The notes under the pieces: generated by a model | The model's database searches: none | The model's input: the letters and a program-made list of their open reading frames with translations, nothing else | What the model was told of the DNA's origin: nothing | Source of the DNA: Chlorokybus atmophyticus | Taxonomy: Eukaryota; Plantae; Mesostigma and Chlorokybus algae | Length of the DNA: 64,000 nucleotides | Assembly (NCBI GenBank): GCA_009103225.1 | Contig: RHPI01002955.1 | Location: forward strand, 154,486 to 218,485 | Direction: 5' to 3' | Made by a program: the position numbers and the translations under genes | Shown: one piece after another, positions 56,617 through 64,000 of the stretch | Numbering within the stretch: the first letter of the stretch is position 1 | Layout: each line of letters opens with the position of its first letter

Positions 56617-59298
56617 ATGCGGTGCTGTATCATCATTATTCTTTTATGAGGGCAGGTGGGGGGGGGCTCAGGGCCACTTTTCACGAAACCGGGCTAGCCA
56701 GGGGGGGAGTTTGGGGATTTGCTGCAATTCATTAGTTTGGGGAAGCTTGCGAGGCTCGTGTAGAGTTGTACATATTGTAAATTGGACCAGGATAGGCTCT
56801 GGAGTAAAATGGCTGCTTTGATTAGGGTGGACCATCTGCACTACGCTTTTTGTCGTTAAAAAGGAAGGAAGCAGTTAGGCCCAGTAGTAGTTATGCAGCC
56901 TGCTTATATCGCAATACATCATGGTGTGTGTTGTCTACTACAAACATGTTGTGTTGCTGGATTGGGCAAGGACCATGACAGATTTCACTCTCATGTCATT
57001 GGACACATCATCATTGGACGATGCGCATGTACATCAGCTTCGGCCTTCAGACAGGGGAAACCTTGCATAAGCAAGCACTCCATATCAACCATATTATGGG
57101 GGCCCAGACCAGCGCTCTAGCTCATACTAGATCACTACAACCAGTGCTACATGCCAGACTGTTAGACTGCTAGACACTATTGGCAAGCAGCAGAGTATAG
57201 CCGGCAGACAGGCAGGCAATGAGGCACCACCTGCACAGCAGAGGCAGTGTACAACATATAGGATGCAGGGATTGTGGCATGTGGACAGCGAGGAGGATGA
57301 CTATGCTTGCACAAACTTCTTTCTCTCTAGTACATAGTAGATGCATCCCTGTGCCTCGCTCTTTGTTGTGCTTGTGTTCCGAGCACCTCTATGCACAGGG
57401 TATAAGTCGTATTTCACACTTGCAGACCATGCACACACATGTCACATACGAGCAAACAAAGCTTGAGCAAGCAAACTGGCAGGCACAATCACACCCGGAG
57501 CACCCAAGTGCCATGCTAAGTGCTCCTATGTGCAATGCAATGAAGGGGTGGGTGGGTTGGTGAGGCAGGCAGTCGCAGCAGCAGCAGGTCAACGTACGAA
57601 ACAACCAACCTGAGGCGCACAAGGTCTGCATGGCATCAAGCACGTAAGCAGAGGGGCAGGTAGTCAGACAAACAACCACTTGACCGCCCAACCAACCAGC
57701 AAACTACACAATATCATGCTATTAACTTGACGATGTGACTATTATGCGCCATGGTGCCTGCTGTTTGGACGCAGCGTTGGCGGGAGTAGCGTTGTTGCCT
57801 TACGCGTTGCTGCCTGACGTTGTGAGTGCCTTTGTGTTGTGTGTTGGTGTTGGGAGGGTACGGCCGAGAACTGATTGCCACAGGATTTGTTGAAACATTG
57901 GTGTTTGATGCTATTCGCAGTAGTCCTTGTTGCCACTTGCATTTGCCGACAAATTGTAAAGTTTACAGACTCCTATGTCTCATAACTCAAGCTACGTAAG
58001 CCATGGCCACATTGATGTTCCTTTGACATGCTTTACACGTGCGCATTTGCTCACTATGCGGATAGCACCCTTGGGGGCAGGTGATCATAACGGCATGTAT
58101 GCTACTGCATGACTAACGCGGTGGAGGCAATACAGTAGTTGCGCAGTAGGGTAGCCCGGTGTATTGCAATACTTGAGTTGATGATGTGCGAGCTGTGCAT
58201 GCAATGCCACGCTGCTACCTCAATGCATGTTCTATGCATATGCAACAACACCAGCATGACTCAAGCAGCATGAGCATTTGCACATTGTGTACCCACGCAT
58301 AACCGCGCGCACATGAGCACAAGAATGAAAGTTACAAGCATGTGTGCTTTGCCAACAGTACACGGGGCTTGCTGCGAAGTCTGAACCGGAACGTCATGGT
58401 AAGCATGCATATGCCTGCAGCTTGTCATTACTGGTTTACCAAGCAATGAGTGTTGCTGTGCAGGCACAGTTGTGTAGCTATCAATCTGCTATACGCAGCG
58501 TTGGCTGTTGTATAGACTGACCAAGTAACACTGATGCAAGCACATGCACAAGCACAGTGATGCACACGCAGGCACACTGGCATGTGAACACGGCTTGTGT
58601 GACCTTGCATGCACGAAATCCCCATTCCTTCTCTTATACACAGTGGTGCACACGCACAGTTACAGCAACCAGAGGCCAACACAATCAATTACAACCGGCA
58701 AGAGCAGCTAGGCTAGATGCATGCGCTTAGTTAAGTGCATCCAAGGCGTAGGGTCAAGCGGAAGGCAAGGAGCGAGACACGGGCAAGCAGCAGAACTAAC
58801 GCAAGCCTAGGGTCGGCGTCCTTCTTCACCACCACAGCAACAGCAAGTAGGAGGGGAGGAGAGGTTAGAGCAGGGCGGGGCGGGATGCTGTGATGTGCTG
58901 TGTGCTGGAAATGGCAACTGCGCCGCCAATGATCGCTTGTGAGTGGTCCGCAGCGCACGATAGGACGAAAGTTAGCCAGCACGGCAAATGGACTACGTAC
59001 AACATGAATGCACCGGCAGCATAGCATGGCAACAGGCACATGCATGTACAGAATCACATACATATGCAGTCACTGTCACACCCCACCAGTTGTGTACGCA
59101 AGGGCAATAATTCCATCAATGCCAGGCGTCTATCAGAAGGGTTGACATCACATGTTCCATTGCAGCATGTGCAACCAGACAATACAAAGCCCCAACTTCT
59201 GCGCTTACTCCACGTCCACAAACGACCAAAGCCATTGTGTGATCACTAGCGTGCAATTAATTGCTACCGCATCACAGGCTGTACACTTTGTACCTGGA

Positions 59299-62200
59299 CT
59301 ATGTTACAGTTTCCCTTGGCAACGCTAAACACCCCTGCATGCTGATCTTCACCCGTCCCGAGCCCCCGCGCTCCGACATCACCGGCGTTGGCGATATCCT
59401 CAGCGCGCGCAGCTGCACGCAGTTTGTCACGTCCACCAATCTGAGCCGCTCGCACCCCTGAAAGTGTCACATAAATTGAGAAATAACACAGTTAACGCTT
59501 GAACACGCTCACGTATACAAGCATGTGCGCATACACGCGTGCTTGCGGCGCATGAATGAACAGGACGCATGCATAACAAAGGTTGAATCTTGTACCTCGA
59601 TCCACACACATGCACGAACGCACACACACATACACACATGCAAACATGACAACTATGTGCACACTGACGGTACACATACTGCAAGTGCAATCTCCCGCAG
59701 GGCTTTGCAGCTGTGAGCCTTCAATGTGTGAAGATGAAAGGCGTCTGAGATTGTTAATGAACGCAATGAAGCGCATCCACTGGCATCTATGGTCTCCAAC
59801 AACTGAGCTCCTGCCAGCTGCAGGGTCTGCAACAACCAATCACATAGTTGCAAAAACAAAAACTATAGATGACAGTTGAAAAAGGCATCAACTCTCTATG
59901 ACTTGCCTCTACTTCGCGGCAACCGGTGATATCCAGGGCCTTGAGACTGCTTGCACAGTTGCTGACAATCGCACGCGCAGCCTGTCCGACAACTGACATG
60001 GTTCAAGCACACGCTTTACAACACACGCTTGAACGAAATTGCAAAGCTTGCAGTGTATGCCAATGGTATATGGCACCTCCTCATGAGGTAAAAGAAATAC
60101 ATGTCTTGAAGATCCTGTCTGACCTGTGTGGAGAGCGTGCGCATGCCACTCAGCGAAAGCGAACATGTACGCGGGCACTCAAAGCGATCAAACTCCTCCA
60201 GCGCAGCACACTGGAAGGGCACACATGAGAGAGAGATTATGCACTGATCGATAAGCAAGCCATGAGGTGTTCAATGACGTTGTGCAACAGCCTTGCCTGC
60301 GACAGCGACAGCGAGGTGAGATTTGGGCAAGCAAGTGAGAGGCTGCGAAGGTGACGGCATTGCGCGAGCTGAACTGACTTTAGCCGCGCGCCCGATACGT
60401 GAAGCCACTCCAACTGCACACGAGTATGTAACGCATAAGCACTCACTGCCCAACACAAGTTATACACACGCACAGAAATCTCCTGACCTGAGTGCATGCG
60501 CTCAAATTGAGGTCTTCTAAACGCGCGCTGGCTGGTAAGTGCAGTGCAAGGCCTGGAGCAAACAGTGGGCAAGCTGCCGCTCGCAAAGACTTCAATAATG
60601 ATGCCGGCGATGCTGACACCAGCGGACGCAGCGCCTGCGGCGTGAGGTGTGGAAGGCGGGAGATGTCAAGCTCAACCAGTGCGGTGGACCTCAGAAGCGC
60701 CTGTGTGAGCAGAGCTTTTACTGACAATCTTCACGTGTTACGCAAACATGACTGCAATGAGTGCGAGCGTGCTGGTGTGTATGTGCGTGTGCAGACGCTT
60801 GCGTGCAATTTGCTCACCTGCACGCCATTGTTGGTGGTTTGTTCACAGCCGGCAACTACAAGGCTTCTGACCCCAAACTGCTCAAATGCAGTGGCGCCAG
60901 TATCTGCACTTGCTGCTGCACTAGCCGCTGGAGGGCAGAGAGCAATATCCTCCACGGGCAGGCCAGAAGAGGCGATGTCTGCCACACGTGCAGCCCCATT
61001 CGACGGATATCGGCCCAGAAACTTCAGCGCTGCATCCGTTATGCCTTCGCAGTTGCTCAAGTCCAAATGCCTTAGCTGCATACAAGGACGACATCAGCAC
61101 AGCAGACGCTATAGCAACATGTCTTCCTCTGTTGGTCTCATCAGCACTTACTTTTGAGTGGAGGCAGCAGACAATGGCAACATCGACATCTTGCAGATGT
61201 CCGCAACCTCGCAGATCTATGGACTCCAGCGACCTGGTTGGCGCCCTTACTAATGGCGCAACCTTCCCCGCTGCTGACGTAAATGACGCACCTGATTGCC
61301 TACAATTGTCAACAACACCAGTACACGCATGCGAGCGCGCAGTGCAAGTGGTTGTGTGCTGCGGTTGTACTGGCAGCAGCTTCACGCACATGCACACGCA
61401 CGCGCTCATGCAATAGCCACAAGTAGTTATTGTGTAACTGTACCGGCAGCAGCTTCAAATATGCCCTGAAAGTCTTTCAGCATGCTCCCGCACTTGCGTA
61501 GACTGAGAGTGCGGAGGGCCGGGTGCGCGGCCACAAGGGCAGCAAGGCTGCTGGCGGCGTTGCTGATGGTGTTGTTGGCTGTTGCGGAGAGGGTGAGGGT
61601 GAGAGAAGTCACGCGGGAGCGCTGTTCCCGCGCCAACGCAGCAAAATCACGGGACACCTGCATTCACGTTGGATATCAAGAATCCCTAAACCAAGCTTAT
61701 CGTGAGCTGAAAGCTGTTACTCCAGACACACGCTCATGCACACACGCGTTATGGCGTTACTTCAACATGCAGCACGTTTACCGTGCACCAGTGTGTGCGA
61801 CGCATTGCACACGTGCATGCGGTCGCACACACTGCTGCACGGTAAACGATACCTACATGCACGCTCACACAAACTCACCCCACATGAGAACGCGAACATT
61901 CGCGCGCACACTCGCACGCTTTGATGCATGTGCACACAAACTTGTGTACGTGCAGGGTGTATTTGCGAAGCGCATGCATACTGCACGTATGCATACTGCA
62001 CCACGCACAATAAGCGACTTACTGCTGCAGCGCATGCGGCATCGCGTGGGGCAAGCAGTTCAAACACGATCCGCTTGCATTCATGTGGGAGTGAGTCCCA
62101 CGGCACAAATGACGACGAAGATGAAGTCGATGCTTCCCCTGCTTGCATGTAAACCTAACATTAGACTATCACACATGCTGCAACAAGCAGGAAGACTCAA

Positions 62201-62846
62201 GTTACCTCCATCATCATGCAGCCGGGTTTGCTCCATCGACATAGTGAGCAAACTGTTTGCAGCTGCTTCAATGCTCAGCCCGCATGCTTTGTACGCCTGC
62301 TAGCCATACTATTAGCTGTGCAGCAAACATATAGAGGTTGCCTCACAGCTTGCAAACAAGAAAGAAACGGAGGCAATGTTGAGCTGAATGGTTTGTCAAG
62401 CAGAAGCAAAACAGCCAAAAAACACATGACAGAGTCAATGACAAGCACAGGAACACCTTCGTCCGCCTTACAAGGTCAGAATCACACAACAAGCGCGAGA
62501 CACAAACTTGCTGGCTGGCTGTCTTGTCTGCTTGCATAGTGACCTGTTGAATAAGGTCCTTCTCCATGAGGGGGAACAGCTCCTTGAGTGCATCCACGTC
62601 ATTCTCCTCCCCGCTGCCATGGTCGCCTGCTTTTTTCCGAAACTGAAGCTCCTTTTTGAGCCGGAAGCTCTGCGTCCGTCCTCCTCCTCGCCGTCGCCTC
62701 CCACCACCACCTCCTCCTCTTCCCTGCCTTGTCCATACGTCATCCTCCCCATCCTCATCCCAGTCCCCAGCCCCACCGCCGCCGCCCCCGCCTCCCACCA
62801 TCACGCCCACAAGCACAAGCACAAGCGCATGCACACGGTGAAGCAT
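59299..62846 (-). CDS. F-box/LRR protein with an N-terminal CUE-like domain
   Basis: VDALKELFPLMEKDLIQQ (CUE-like), PWDSLPHECKRIVFELL (F-box) and many Cys-containing LRRs (LRHLDLSNCEGITD, LESIDLRGC, LKALDITGC, LETIDASGC). Stop at 59299-59301; start could be 62801. Confidence 0.8.
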
Positions 62847-63669
62847 GTGCTTGGCAGCATGGCGGGCGGCGGTGACCGGGGTGGTGAGGGTGCGGGTGGA
62901 GGTGGAGAGGATGAGGGCTGGCGCTGTGGGTTGAAGCTGGCTGAGGGGCAGCCTGTCAGCTGGCGAAAGACGCAACCAGTAATGGTAATGCGCAGTGTGT
63001 CCGCAGGCTAGATAGTGGCTTGTGCTTGAGGCCTGAACTTGCGTGTCTGAGGTTGCTTGCTTGCTTACCTTTGACTACCTGGTTATTTGCTGGTCTACTT
63101 GCTCGTTTCTTCGCTTGCGCGCTTGCGTGTTTGCTTACCAGGCAGCGAGCTGCTCGCTGACTAGGCAGCTTGCTGCTTACTGTGAGCAAGCGAGCAAGCG
63201 GTTCAGCAAGCTGCTAACAACTTGATTTGCTGGACCGCTGCACAGCTGTTTCCTTATCAAACTGCTCGCATGCTTGTTTAGATAACAATGTTCTCTCAAG
63301 TTGTATCTCAGACAAGTCGACCTCAGCTGAGCTAAGCCGAGCTCAGAGCTCATGTAGGTGCATGTAAGCAGGCCGAGGCGGCAAGTTGGGACGTGTACTG
63401 CGGCAATCCTGTGCAGTCCACTGCGGAGTATGCCACATACTTTGGTGAGTAACCTTTCTCTGCAATGCATGTTTTCGATGTTGCAATGAACACCAACCAC
63501 CTACTTGCTTCTGCAGTCAGCACAACCTTCACTCAACAGCCCGACCAATTACTCGTGGTGGAGGCTGCAAGCCAGGTTTGACAGTATAACTGTTGCAAAA
63601 CATTGTGTGTGCATGCGTGAGCGCAACCTTTTGAGCTCACTCTAGGTTGCTTTGTGCAACTTCAAGCAG

Positions 63670-63891
63670 GCCGGTGCGAGCACAGACATCGACGTCATGG
63701 TATCGACAGACACAGCTACAGCTTGTTCAATGGAATCCAGCGTGGAGCATAGGTTGAACACAGCCGCAAAGGCTATTGCAAGGTCGGTTTCATGTACATG
63801 TAACCAAACGCCTTGTTGATTGCGCTTGCCTTCTGACCTCAGCGAGGTGGATTATGGCAGGTTGGAGGCGAATTCAGATGGAGAAGCTTTG
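63670..63891 (+). CDS. Two phase-compatible exons of an unidentified gene probably running off the window
   Basis: 63670-63782 and 63843-63891 join via AG|C and stay open (AGASTDIDVMV...AKAIASEVDYGRLE). Confidence 0.35.
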
Positions 63892-64000
63892 GTCAGTTTG
63901 ACATTGCAACAGCAAGTTAACAACTTATATCAATCCAATGTAAGAAGCAGGTGAGACTGCGGCAACTCGCACTCGATGCTTTGCTTGTGCACGAATGAAA

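Overview
Intron-rich eukaryotic nuclear DNA with GT-AG introns full of CA/TG/CG dinucleotide runs; there is no prokaryotic operon structure. The gene set combines streptophyte-type families (bark-storage-protein-like, OXS3, DUF716, organellar TopA, a peptidoglycan-binding protein) with a C11orf65/MFI homolog, a family I associate with flagellated lineages. This points, by inference, to an early-diverging flagellated streptophyte alga. I hand-spliced about 13 genes: a RING-CH E3 ligase, TMEM45/DUF716, a PG-binding + TM protein, a 12-TM two-domain class III nucleotide cyclase (3' end lost in an assembly gap), TopA fused to SWIB, a fungal-type YrhK-like membrane protein, C11orf65/MFI, a zinc-finger-like gene and its inverted pseudogene, a BSP/nucleosidase-like protein, LUC7, ANKRD39, OXS3-like and a CUE-F-box-LRR protein. 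Most interesting: (1) the cyclase has animal tmAC topology, but its catalytic residues are swapped between halves and look guanylyl-cyclase-like, as in ciliate, apicomplexan and Dictyostelium GCs; (2) the TopA-SWIB fusion; (3) the plastid-type PG-binding membrane protein; (4) an old inverted duplication bracketing the BSP gene. The 4.1-kb (CT)n run is probably a gap-filling artefact that hides real exons. All family calls come from motif recognition by eye; no database search was run.
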